The notes under the pieces: generated by a model
What the model saw: only the letters and a program-made list of their open reading frames with translations
The model's database searches: none
Told to the model about the DNA's origin: nothing
Assembly (NCBI RefSeq): GCF_006345805.1
Contig: NC_043003.1
Location: 85,188,001 to 85,252,000 of the forward strand
DNA: 64,000 nt
Direction: 5' to 3'
Source: Octopus sinensis
Lineage: Eukaryota
Shown here: positions 52,485 through 64,000 of the stretch, in pieces
Numbering within the stretch: position 1 is the stretch's first letter
Layout: every line of letters starts with the position of its first letter
Made by a program: the position numbers and the translations under genes

Positions 52485-53685
52485 TTGTCCCAAAAATGTG
52501 TGTGCACATTTTGAATGATTATAAAGTTAGTGTTTATTAAAATGGATTTCACTTGCAAAATGTTATCGTATCTACAAACAAAATTTAGATTTTTTTTATA
52601 AACACCTGTTTTCAAACTGATAGCTGCTCTGACCCAGGCACTGCTTGTTGCGCAACACAATGAAATAGCAACCATTAAGAAACATTTTTTTCGGCTATTG
52701 TGCATATTCTCATTCAATGGTTACTCTCAGTGATTTATCGTCTGTCACCAGTTTTGTATTGTTAACCTCATCTTTAAAGTATCCACTACCTCCAAAGAAA
52801 GCTTAGTGGTGTGAGGTTTGGTGAATGCGGAGGGTATTTTAATGAAACTCTCCATCCGATCCACCCGTTTGACATAAACTTAACGAGATAGGCATTTAAA
52901 AAACTATGGAAATGTGGAAGTGCCCGGTCTTGCTGGAAATAAAACTCTATATTTTCAAAGTCCTCCTGAGTGCATGGCATGACAGATTGTCGCAGCAAAT
53001 TGTGGTAAATGAAACCAGTCATAGTACCTATTTCTTTACTACCCACAAGGGGCTAAACACAGAGAGGACAAACAAGGACAGACAAAGAGATTAAGTCGAT
53101 AATATCGACCCCAGTGCGTAGCTGGTACTTATTTAATCGACCTCGAAAGGATGAAAGACAAAGTCGACCTTGGCGGAATTTGAACTCAGAACGTAGCGGC
53201 TGACGAAATAGAATTTCGCCCGGCGCGCTAACGTTTCTGCCAGCTCGCCACCTTAGTACTGTCACAGTACCGTCAATAGAAAATAATGGTCCGAATAATC
53301 CTTTTGATTATAAACTGTATTATACTGTAATACCTAGTGTAATAACATGATGTTCTACTGTAATATGCAGATTCGTAAGTCTCCAGCAGATGTAATTATG
53401 ATGGTTAATTGAACCACTTAATTTAAATCTAACCTCATCACACCGTCTTCTACCATTCGCAAAACCCCAGTCTTCGCTTCGGATCATCGTAATTGAGAAC
53501 ATGAACTATTTATGGAATGTAGCTTTTCCAGTGGCACCGTTGCAAATGCGATGGACGCTGTATTTTGTAATTCCTGCCTCAAAACTTGCTTGCCACACAT
53601 TTTTCATTATCCCAGGAATTAGACTCCTTGTATACCATTTCTTGAGGCTCGTTGATGACTGCTGCACTCCAGAATGTTTCTTTGA
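52485..53685 (-). mobile_element. Decayed Tc1/maT-like transposon interrupted by SINE A (53030-53252)
   Basis: YHNLLRQSVMP...FYFQQDRALPHF...WIGWR...YPPHSPNLTPL; DEVRFKLSGSINHHN. Confidence 0.8.
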
Positions 53686-53745
53686 TATATATATAATAAA
53701 TATATATATATAATATATATATTTAAAAATATATATATCTATATG

Positions 53746-53776
<31 letters not shown>

Positions 53777-53977
53777 TACATACATACATACATACTACAC
53801 ACAACGCACGCACGCACGCAACGCACACACGCACACACCACACACACACACACACACCACACACACACACACCACATATATCTATATATAATATATATAT
53901 AGATATATATATATATATATTATATATAATATATATATACATATACATACATACATACATACATAACTACATACATA

Positions 53978-54195
53978 TATTGGTTCATCCCATAAATAAT
54001 GGGGGTTTTTCAACTGCATAAACTAAAAGTTCGAGGAGAACGGGATAAACTACCTGCATCAACTTGCTATAAAAGCAAGTACTAATTTTACCTTGTCCTT
54101 ATTCTTAGTGCAAGTTTTGAAGAGTGCAGTTCGATTTTACCAGTTATTTTTTCAAAGCTATAATGGAAGTGACAAAGGAACATATTCGGCGCATA
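53978..54195 (+). mobile_element. 5' fragment of a mariner element
   Basis: TA-TTGGTTCATCCCATAAATAATG start and MEVTKEHIRRI N-terminus, truncated at (TA)n. Confidence 0.55.
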
Positions 54196-54354
54196 TATAT
54201 ATTTATATATATGTGTGTATATGTATGTATGCATGTATGTATGTATGTATGTATGCATGTATGTATGTATGTATGTATGTATGTATGTATGTATGTATGT
54301 ATGTATGTATGTATGAATGTATGTATGTGTGTGTGTGTGTGTGTTTCTGTGTGT

Positions 54355-55237
54355 AAATTTAAATAATAAGGGTAAAAGTTGATATTAAATAGATTAATAT
54401 CAATTTAAACTAGTGGCCTAGCATGTTGAAAAAAATCTGAAGATTCAAAAAATTATATTACATACATATAAGAGGAACGATCACGAGGTGGATTCCTAAT
54501 ATGCTAAAGATAGACCCCATATGGTCTGACCACTAAGAAATATTGTTCTCAAGAAAATTCGGCAAACGCCAGAACGTAAAGCAAGCAAGGCAAATGAAAA
54601 GATACAAAATATAGAGATTAGTCGCATGCCATGATGTCATTGTTACCATTTACATTAAGTAAAAATCCTGCAAATCTTCAGTGTGACCGTCATGGAAAAT
54701 ATAATCTGCAGAACTATACACGAGGCGTCCTACCGAGAGAGAACATGCATACAATTATAAATTATATTTGGGGGTATATTTCAACATGCTATGCCTCTGG
54801 TTTAAATTGATATTAATCTAATTAATATCAAGTTTTCCCCTTATTATTTAAATTTAAATAACCACGTTCTCTAATCGACAAGCTTCGATGCAGAAAATTA
54901 GTTTCTGCAGAGTCATTTCCGATTTCGGCGCGCCAAAACGAAGACATTTGAAATATACCTCCAAATATAATTGATAGAACTGTATGCGTATTCTATCTCG
55001 GGAGGATGTCTCGTGTATAGTTCTGGACATAATATTTTCCATGATAGTCACACTGAGGATTTGCAGACATTTACGTAATGTAAATGGTAACAATGAAACC
55101 ATGGTATGGGACTTATCACTATATTTTGTAACTTCTTATTTGTCTTGCTCGCTTTACGTTCTGGCGTTCGCCGAATTTTCTCGAGAACAACTTTTCTTAG
55201 TAGTCACAACCATATCTTTAGCAGATTAGGAATCCAC
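54355..55237. repeat. Two interleaved inverted-repeat pairs
   Basis: A 54355-54432 / A' 54779-54855; B 54488-54784 / B' 54948-55237 (diverged). Flanked by microsatellites. Confidence 0.85.
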
Positions 55238-55277
55238 ATCTTATATGTATTAATATATATCTATATATATTATATAT

Positions 55278-55309
<32 letters not shown>

Positions 55310-55331
55310 TACACACACACACATACACACA

Positions 55332-55399
<68 letters not shown>

Positions 55400-55555
55400 T
55401 ACATATATATATAATAAACATACATATATATATACGTATATATATATAGTAAATAAAAATCAACGAAGAGCAAACACAAAAACAAGAAAAAACAACGCGA
55501 GGACGTGGTACATGCAAAGTATTAACAAACGCTCAGGAAAGAAAGACACGAAGTC

Positions 55556-55588
55556 TTTAACGCTTCCAGCAAAACTCTTCGTCAGAAA
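55556..55588 (-). ncRNA. Decayed hammerhead, family B
   Basis: TTT-CTGACGA-A-GAGTtttGCTG-GAAGC-GT-T-AAA, followed by the family B tail. Confidence 0.5.
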
Positions 55589-55699
55589 CAGGAGATTGAG
55601 GAAAGTCCATGAAAAAATAAGGACGGAGAAAAAATCATCAACGATCCACATGTGATTACATTTTGAAATATATAATATTATAATATAATATATATATAT

Positions 55700-55782
<83 letters not shown>

Positions 55783-55869
55783 CATATATATACCTTTATA
55801 TACATCTATATACATATCTACATACATATATAAACACACATGTATGTATGTATGATATGTATATATATG

Positions 55870-55936
<67 letters not shown>

Positions 55937-56178
55937 GAGAGTATGGTAGCATCAAAACGGTTAAGATATAACTTACTGGAAATGCTCGAAATGAGGAGTA
56001 GATGGACAGCTGACAACTGATGACGAGTCGATGTTTGTGTTGCTTGTCCTGTTTTCAATTTTTCCTCTCGTTCTTTGCGTATTTAACTCGCTTGTTTTCG
56101 TACTTCATGTTTTTTACAGTTGGTGAGGTCCTGTACCCATATATGCGAATATGTGTGTGCATATGTATGTATATATAA

Positions 56179-56210
<32 letters not shown>

Positions 56211-56323
56211 CATATATATACACATACACACACACACATACATATATATAATGTATGCATGTGTATATGTATACATTCATATATATATATAGACATACAT
56301 ATCCACATGAATACATATGTACT

Positions 56324-56389
<66 letters not shown>

Positions 56390-56574
56390 TATATTATGAA
56401 ACATTTACACCTAATCCATAGATGCACCCACACACATATATATGCATATACATATATATGTGAATACATATGTATACATGTATATATACATATATATACA
56501 TACGTATACTCTTTTACTCTTTTACTCTTTTACTTGTTTCAGTCATTTGACTGCGGCCATGCTGGAGCACCGCC

Positions 56575-56614
<40 letters not shown>

Positions 56615-56942
56615 CACTTATACATATCCACATACTCACGCGCGCATGCACACTCACACATATCTCTTAATCAAATACTGTTTTAATCTGAGCGGACACT
56701 ACCCATTAGCGCGGTGTCCCTAATGTGCATGATCATTAAAAGCTGCAGCAAGGTAATTTTACTATCTACTAGATTAAGTATTAAAATGCGTGATATGACA
56801 TTATTTTGTTTCTAGAAATATATTTTCCAATAACAATTGCGTCTATTTACGATTTTTGTATGTATGTATGTACGTACGTCTGTATACATGTGTATGTCTG
56901 TGTTTGTGAATGTACGTTTATGTGTGTGTGTGTATATATACA

Positions 56943-57032
<90 letters not shown>

Positions 57033-57240
57033 TATTAATAAATGTGTGTATACACACAGACATGCGCACATGCACATAATATATATATATAATGGCCAAA
57101 CATCACTCACTAGAGCTTTTGATATTTCATTGTTTTACGTTATTATTGTTCAGTATAGAAGATAGATAGGATAGATAGATAGATAGATAGATACTGAGTT
57201 TTAATCTTGGTGCGTAAATTTTGGTCACCCTGTATATAAA

Positions 57241-57272
<32 letters not shown>

Positions 57273-57559
57273 CGTGCGTGCGTGCGTGTGTGTGTGCGTG
57301 TGTTAACAATTAGCCGCTCCGGATGGCCAATTGCAACACTACTAATATAAATTATGGTACCTGTATCAGTAGCCACAGGTTTTGTCTTAGCAAGCAGTTG
57401 GCAGTGAATACACGCTACTGACAAACCCCACCCAGGCAGAAATACGCCTTTAGTTTCCTCTGCGCCAGAATAGTATTGACAGTGATTTGGAAGTTTCTGT
57501 CTACTTTTTCCTCATAAGACTGTGGTATATTTGAGTTCATTTTGGTTTCATAGAGCCGG

Positions 57560-57830
57560 GTTAAGTTAAAATTAAATAGGGTTGGTACAGATCTGTTGCG
57601 TGATAATTAGGTTTTAGGGTAGGTTGTGATGGAAAGGTATCGATAATGTCTGCTTAGGTATGTCTGCTTCATGTTTTGGTGGTTTTAGGGTGGACTTTAG
57701 GGCGACAAAATAATGTAGGTAAGAGATAATGTTTTGTCTGCAGATGCTTCGCTAAGTTTATTGATTTCATTTGGACACTAATGGGAGATGTAGCCCTTTG
57801 TTTTAGGGGTGTGGAGGTTAAAGTTCAGAG
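57560..57830 (-). mobile_element. Possible Penelope-like RT N-terminal remnant
   Basis: LPTLFCRPKVHPK...DIIDT resembles the P..Y.LPKIHK...RPIIS motif; stops present. Confidence 0.33.
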
Positions 57831-58377
57831 TTTCAGTCCAGTGTTTAAACCTTTGCAATCAGAGATGGTGAACCGGTTCATCATTACCATCTCTTGAGCT
57901 TGTTGAATTTTCTTCAGTGGTGGGGCTTGACGGGCGTCCTGCTCCCTCTTCGTGCGTCACGCTTGTCCGGCCAATCTTAAACTTCTCGATCCACTCACAC
58001 ACTTCTACGCAGTAGAGCACAGTCCCCGTATTGTGCTAAAAGCCTCCGATGAATTTCAGCACCAGACATACCTTTCGACCAGAGAAATTGGATCACTGCT
58101 CTTTGTTCTTCTTTGGTGCCCATTGCTAGCTGAAAATTCGATCACGTGACCATAACAGTACCAACAATAAGCGCAGAAGGCAATGTGTCAATATTAAAGA
58201 GGTATTATGGTGAAAGTGCAGATAATTTTTGATTTCAGCTCGTGTGTATATATATATATACTTACATATGCATATATCCATATATATATACTACAGTTCT
58301 ATATTTAAGAGATGAGGAATTATGTATATTATTTACATTATTTACATTTGACGGATATTTGTCCTCATCTTGTTGTT

Positions 58378-58423
58378 AACACAACGTTTCGGCTGATATA
58401 CCCTCCATCCTTCATCAGGTGTC
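58378..58423 (-). ncRNA. Type I hammerhead, family G
   Basis: GACAC-CTGATGA-A-GGATG gagggtatat CAGCC-GAAAC-GT-T-GTGTT. Decayed mirror copy at 59217-59262 (+). Confidence 0.8.
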
Positions 58424-58540
58424 TTAACCACTGCGTCATATGCCCGTGGGCATATGGCGTAGTCGTTAAGAGCGCGGGCTACTCACCCCAAGATTTCGAT
58501 TTCGATTCCAAGCAGTGACCTGAATAATAATAATAATAAT

Positions 58541-58607
<67 letters not shown>

Positions 58608-58608
<1 letters not shown>

Positions 58609-59145
58609 CACCAGACAGTAGCTCTCATGGCTTCTGATCTTAACTGATAGGAAATGTTATTATGTATATTGTTTTGTCTTGGTATATAAGATGGGCTACA
58701 GCAAATATTCTGCTCAGTACCACAGATTTGCTTGTCAGTTGTTTGACCTTAACCATTGACCATGTCCCTTAATGGCTGACGATATGTGCATCTCTGATTA
58801 TGAGCAGAAGTAGTGGGGAAGCATCATAGCCGTGTGTTGAGATTGATTCTTAGAGATTTGGATAATTCACCTTTCGAAACATGGGTAGTTCGTTCAACAT
58901 CCTTAAACAATCCTTATTCAGGGACCTTTGTGCGGGATGGGCTACTCGACCAGAAGAAAATTCTAGCTGGGCCCCACCTGCAAGGTCATGCGCTGTTATG
59001 ATATGACATCACCATGTCGCGCACATATGATTGAGATGCATGTGCCTGGTGTACCCTTATCAGACGGGTAGTCATGATGGGTATACTGGGCTTCGTATAT
59101 TTTTACCCAAGTGTCACTTAGATGGCATGCACTGCTCTCTCACTC

Positions 59146-59146
<1 letters not shown>
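58608..59146. mobile_element. Non-coding ~540-bp insertion within (TAA)n
   Basis: Unique sequence bounded on both sides by same-strand (TAA)n, splitting the host element's TAA tract. Confidence 0.6.
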
Positions 59147-59182
<36 letters not shown>

Positions 59183-59510
59183 TAATAATAATAATAACAT
59201 TGAAAAATTTACCCAAGGCACCTAATGAACTCTGAAGAGTATATCAGCCGAAAAGTTGTGTTAACAACAAACAAGATGAGGATAAATATCCGTAAATAAT
59301 GTAAATATATAAATACTTTTAATTGATTTGTATATACATGCATATATATATATATATATATATATAATATAATATATATACAAACACGAATACATACATA
59401 TACCCATATATAAACATATACATAACTATATATATCTATTCATGTACACACACACACATATATATATATATATCCGCGTGTCTCTGTGTGTGTGTGTTTG
59501 TGTGTGTGTG

Positions 59511-59546
<36 letters not shown>

Positions 59547-60189
59547 GTGTGTGTGTATGTGTGTGTGTGTGTGATGTGTGTGTGCCTAACATGGCATGAC
59601 AGAAAATCTGCCCCACCTTCATTTCAAATACTGTCCCAAATACAGACCCCAAGGCTCTTACCCGAAATATGGATGCAGAAAAGGCAACATGTTTGCCTTT
59701 TTCAACCCTAAGTCGTGACAGAATTTTCTGTCTTTAAGGATATGCCTAACCTGAAATGCATCTTTTGAAAGAGACAAAACGAATGAAAAATTAACAACAC
59801 GGACGTGCAACAGAAACAAAATACAACTACATCCCACGTCCTAGCACCGACCACCAAAGAATCTCATCTGTCAGAAAGAGCTATGAGAAACGTGAACACG
59901 AACAAGAAAATGAATAAACAAGCACAGCATATCGCCTGTTCAAAACAACTAATTTATTTTTACCAACCTACCTGGCAATATGCAAGCCGATCTAAGCCTG
60001 CTGATCTATTGGTCTGTCAGTAGCCGTCTATCCAAAACTCTAAGAATGCACACTCACCATCAACCAGAACATCATTCCTCACAATCAACTCAGTACACAA
60101 ACTCTTCCTTGTGATGCCACTGAGCGATAAAATACATAAAACAAGGTCATTAGAAAAAAACAAACAACAAAACCAACCTTTGTTTCAAC

Positions 60190-60945
60190 AATCGTACTAA
60201 ATGTAAGGGGCTTCAACCCTCCACCAAATGCTCAAAAATGGAAGATTCCACATATAGAAAATTGCATTTGCTGAAAAGACACGGCATCCTTTTCTTCGTA
60301 CTAACTGAAACCTACTTCAACATCTCCCACATAGATATCGAGCTGAAAATTTTAAAAATTCACCGTTATCCGTGCAAATCACACGGGCTGAATTAAAAGA
60401 GGGACAGCTATTTTTCTTCATGACTCCTTTACCGTAGATACCAAGGGCATATTTTCCAATGGCTAGTGTGAATCTGGGTCACTATTCAACAAAATTAATG
60501 ACATAACCATTGTTGATTTCTATAGATCTCCTTAAGAATCTCTATTGTACTTAGAAACAAAGTCAAGTCCTTCTTCATAAAGCATAACCAAATGAACACA
60601 GTGATGGCTGATTTTAATCTTCCTTACGCGAGCGGCCAACAAACACATTGAAGCCAGAGAATTATATCCCTATACCAGATCTGCTATTTAACTTAACCGA
60701 TGAATTTTTCCTATCCAAATTTGTGCTTCAGTCAACAAAACAAAACAAAAATATCTTGGATCTGATATTAACAAACCACTCAAGTTCCATTATTAGCATT
60801 TCAGTTGAAAAAGCTCTTCTTTCTGACCAGGACATGGTATTCTGCAACTTCAGTTTGCGGCATACCAAAGCCAAACCAGTCTCTCTGTTTGATGCCATCA
60901 ATCTTCACAAAGCAGATTAGGGAGCAATTAGACAAGACTGCTCCT
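60190..60945 (+). mobile_element. Decayed LINE AP-endonuclease domain (CR1/Jockey-group)
   Basis: LNVRG, VLTETY, MADFNLP, NILDLILTN, LLSDQ and NLHKAD* motifs in the correct order, with stops and frameshifts. Confidence 0.82.
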
Positions 60946-60980
60946 TAATACACTTCCTTTCATAGTATTTGTAATCTATC

Positions 60981-61024
<44 letters not shown>

Positions 61025-61143
61025 CCATATTCTGTGCAATAAATTTATATATATATATATATACATCTAATGTAGGATAAAATTTTTCGAAAAAAATTCT
61101 ATCAATGGCCAGCATATTAAAAAATACCTTTAAAGGTTAAATT

Positions 61144-61352
61144 TATAAACAATTTAAAAGTAAGGGCAAAAGAAAAAATTTCTAATGCCAAACTATGCCG
61201 AAAATAGACACAACGTCAATAACCATGTAATTTATCACTACAAGCACGCGTTTCGAAGAAAGCCGACAGAAATTTCTTGACGTTGTGTCCATTTTCGGCA
61301 TATTTTAGCATTAGAATTTTTTTCTTTTGCCCTTACTTATAAATTGTTTATA
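61144..61352. repeat. ~76-bp inverted repeat ending in (TA)n
   Basis: Arms 61144-61219 and 61277-61352. The spacer holds a minus-strand half-hammerhead GAAAC-GC-GT-G. Confidence 0.85.
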
Positions 61353-62051
61353 TATATATATATATACATATAAATTTGACATGGGCGATTCTTTCTTGTC
61401 TTGGGATTCACGGTCAAACGGCTGGGTGGAACTGCGCGAAAAATTACACAGATGTGTAGAATGATCTGGTGGTGATGCTAGGCTTTGCATTTTTTCATGC
61501 TAGGCTTTGCATTTTTTCATGCTAGGCTTTGCATTACCCAGACAATCTACTATAATAATACTCTTGTGTTTATGAATGAGAAAGGAAGGGGTAATAGATG
61601 AATAAGGAAGGAGTGATAGATGAATAAGGAATGGGTGATGTCATACTTGGTAGTCGGATGATTAAAATTGCACGCTGACAAAAATAAATCAAGCAGAGTC
61701 TCAACTCTGTATGAATATATGTGTGTATATGTAAAGGGTGGGTGTGAATGTGTGTGTATATAAAGGGTGTGTGTGAATGTGTGTGTGTATGTGTGTATGT
61801 GCGTGTGCACGCACAATGAAAGTGCGGTGGCTCATCTTTGTTCGCTTAGTATTTGGTTTTATTTTTTGATTTGGATGAATCTTGGTTGTTTTTTTTTTGG
61901 TCAGTTATTTTTAGCGTTTTGACATAAAAAAAAGTCATTCTAAAATTGTTTTTTAACGTAAGCATGCCCAAACAATTCGAATGCTTACACAGAGCAAGTT
62001 TTACAGCCACATCATCCAAACCTTCCGGGTGAAACCAGGCTTAGCTGCTAG

Positions 62052-62088
<37 letters not shown>

Positions 62089-64000
62089 ACGAGTGAGTAG
62101 GCAAACGAAAGAAGGGCACTCAACACATTTATTGGGAGTTATATTTATGGATCAAAACAGTTTAATTCAGACTCATTGGCACTCTGATTTTCGAGCGTGT
62201 GGCTATTCTTTGGCCACTCACAAGGCTTTAGTCGTAGAAAACACTCGCCCAAGGTGAGATGCAGTGGGACTGAACTCGGAACCATGTGGTGAGAAAGCAA
62301 ACTTCTTGTCACACATGTAATCATTCTTCATCTTCTGAAGAGAATGCAGTAACTCTTCTGCATGAACCTCTCAAAATCCGAGACTTTGCTCTGATGCATA
62401 CTCTAAAGTTGCCTCAGAATTGTACCTGCCAGCATAATATGCATGATTACATCAATCAGTCATCTAGCATTCGAAACAGCTGTAAAGATTTTACTTGATT
62501 GCATCATGTAAACTGCATGCTTAACTTTACAAATAAATACTTTTCTTACCCCTGTTATCATTTGTCTTTCTTTCGATTTACTTATACGTACATACACACG
62601 CACACACACATATACATAAATTTACACATGCACACACACACACACACACACAACACACACACATATATATAGTGAGTGTATAAATATATTTTTATACACG
62701 CGCGAGAATATCTTTGTCAAAAGCGCAAAAGTAGTATCTTACCTATAAGTGATCCACACAAACAAATCTGTAGCGGTGCTTCTGTTTAACACCTAAACAT
62801 AGCTCGATCGCACGCTAAGTACAGGCGTATTGTTTCATTTCTCTCCCTATTTTAATACTATTGCAACAGATGTTGTTTCCTTGGACACACAAATTGCTTA
62901 CTTACCCCGCTTTAAACTACCCAACACATCATTTATCCTCCACTTGTTACCTCTTTTGTGTTTCCCTTCAATGAAATCACACATTACAACACTTCACACT
63001 GGTCTTTATCCAAATGCATACAACTGAATATAATCCCTCCTTCGTTTTTCTTTTTCTTTCCTAAGACTATGATCTACTAAGATCGAATCAACCGCCTTGA
63101 GCTCACTAACTTTGGGTAGCAATCAAACGTTATAGGCGACTTCTCTTTCAAGTATTTGCCCATAGAATATATAATAAAAAAGTAGACACAAATACATACA
63201 GACATATATAGTGAGTCCTATCCTTAAGTAGTTTAATTATTATCTGTTAAGGCATGTTATAGTGAATGCCACATATAGTGAATATAATGTACAATTGCTG
63301 TTGATATGTTCCCTAGCTCAGTCCCAAGATCAAAACTAGACCCGCGATCAGACAATTTAGTTGTGATTAACCTATCTTTTTAAAGTTAGGCTTTTTTTTT
63401 CAGATTACATTATCCTAATGTTATTCGTTTTCTTATTTTTTAATGATATAGTAAGATTAGGAAGAGATTTGAGTGCTATTTCCGGGAAGTAGGATTATCA
63501 TATAGGGCCGTTCATATCATGTATAGGGTATATCACATAAATGCTTCATAGACAAATCTTAATATTAATTAAGGGTGTTCATTGATAATCAAATAATAAA
63601 TAACAGAAAATGAAGGCAAATCAGATAAGCCTATTGAGAAATCTGAATTAAAATAGAGAAAATATTTACATGTTTACATTTATGTATAGCAAAAATAATT
63701 TACATTTCTCTCAAACAAAAACAGATATTTTCTTTTGAAAGTAAGTCATTCAGTTTTGTTTCGTTTATATTCTGCTGTTTTTTTTTTTTAATTAAAATTT
63801 TCATAGTGATTAATATTGTCTTTTTTCTTTGTTCTTTATATCTGAGAAATTCACGTTTTGTTTTGTTTTGTTTTTTATTGTTGCTGTCTTTATCAAATGC
63901 TCAACTTATTGGCTTCCCAATTTTTTCTTGGTTTCTTTTTCATTTTTTTTTTCACAAGCATTTACAGTTACGGAATAGATAACGACAGAGAAACATTTTG

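Larger units (their letters stand above)
58290..59310. mobile_element. Head-to-head element: tRNA-like head, (TAA)n, hammerhead and tail, flanked by (TA)n
   Basis: The left arm 58335-58425 is the reverse complement of the right arm ~59213-59308. Central palindrome 58423-58470; tRNA-like head 58448-58520. Confidence 0.8.

Noticed and set aside
56007-56040. CTGATGA with a possible ACAA/TTGT stem I
   Set aside because: There is no GAAA half-core and stem II is unconvincing.
38393-57424. Many YI/CV/HT-repeat ORFs
   Set aside because: They arise from (TA), (TG) and (TACA) repeats and the 47-bp minisatellite.

Overview
Repeat-dense, AT-rich animal genomic DNA. The SINE families and microsatellite content point to an octopus (inference). 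One host gene can be reconstructed by hand on the minus strand: a HHIP-like beta-propeller (glucose/sorbosone dehydrogenase fold) gene with seven phase-consistent GT-AG coding exons (18093 to 4159) and a tentative eighth. The rest is mobile DNA: three tRNA-derived SINE families (several with TSDs), a stack of three Tc1/mariner elements plus mariner MITEs and remnants, Helitron-type elements, a solo LTR, R4/Dong-, CR1- and RTE-like LINE remnants, minisatellites and microsatellites. The most striking signal is not in the ORF track. About a dozen minimal type I hammerhead-ribozyme motifs from at least seven distinct sequence families occur here, nearly all with a palindromic stem III. They sit in short non-coding elements that mostly end in (TA)n and often form inverted repeats, as in Penelope-like or retrozyme-like elements. 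One lies at the apex of a ~367-nt rod-like foldback, and one is joined to a tRNA-like Pol III head. All calls are by eye; no alignment, folding or database search was run.
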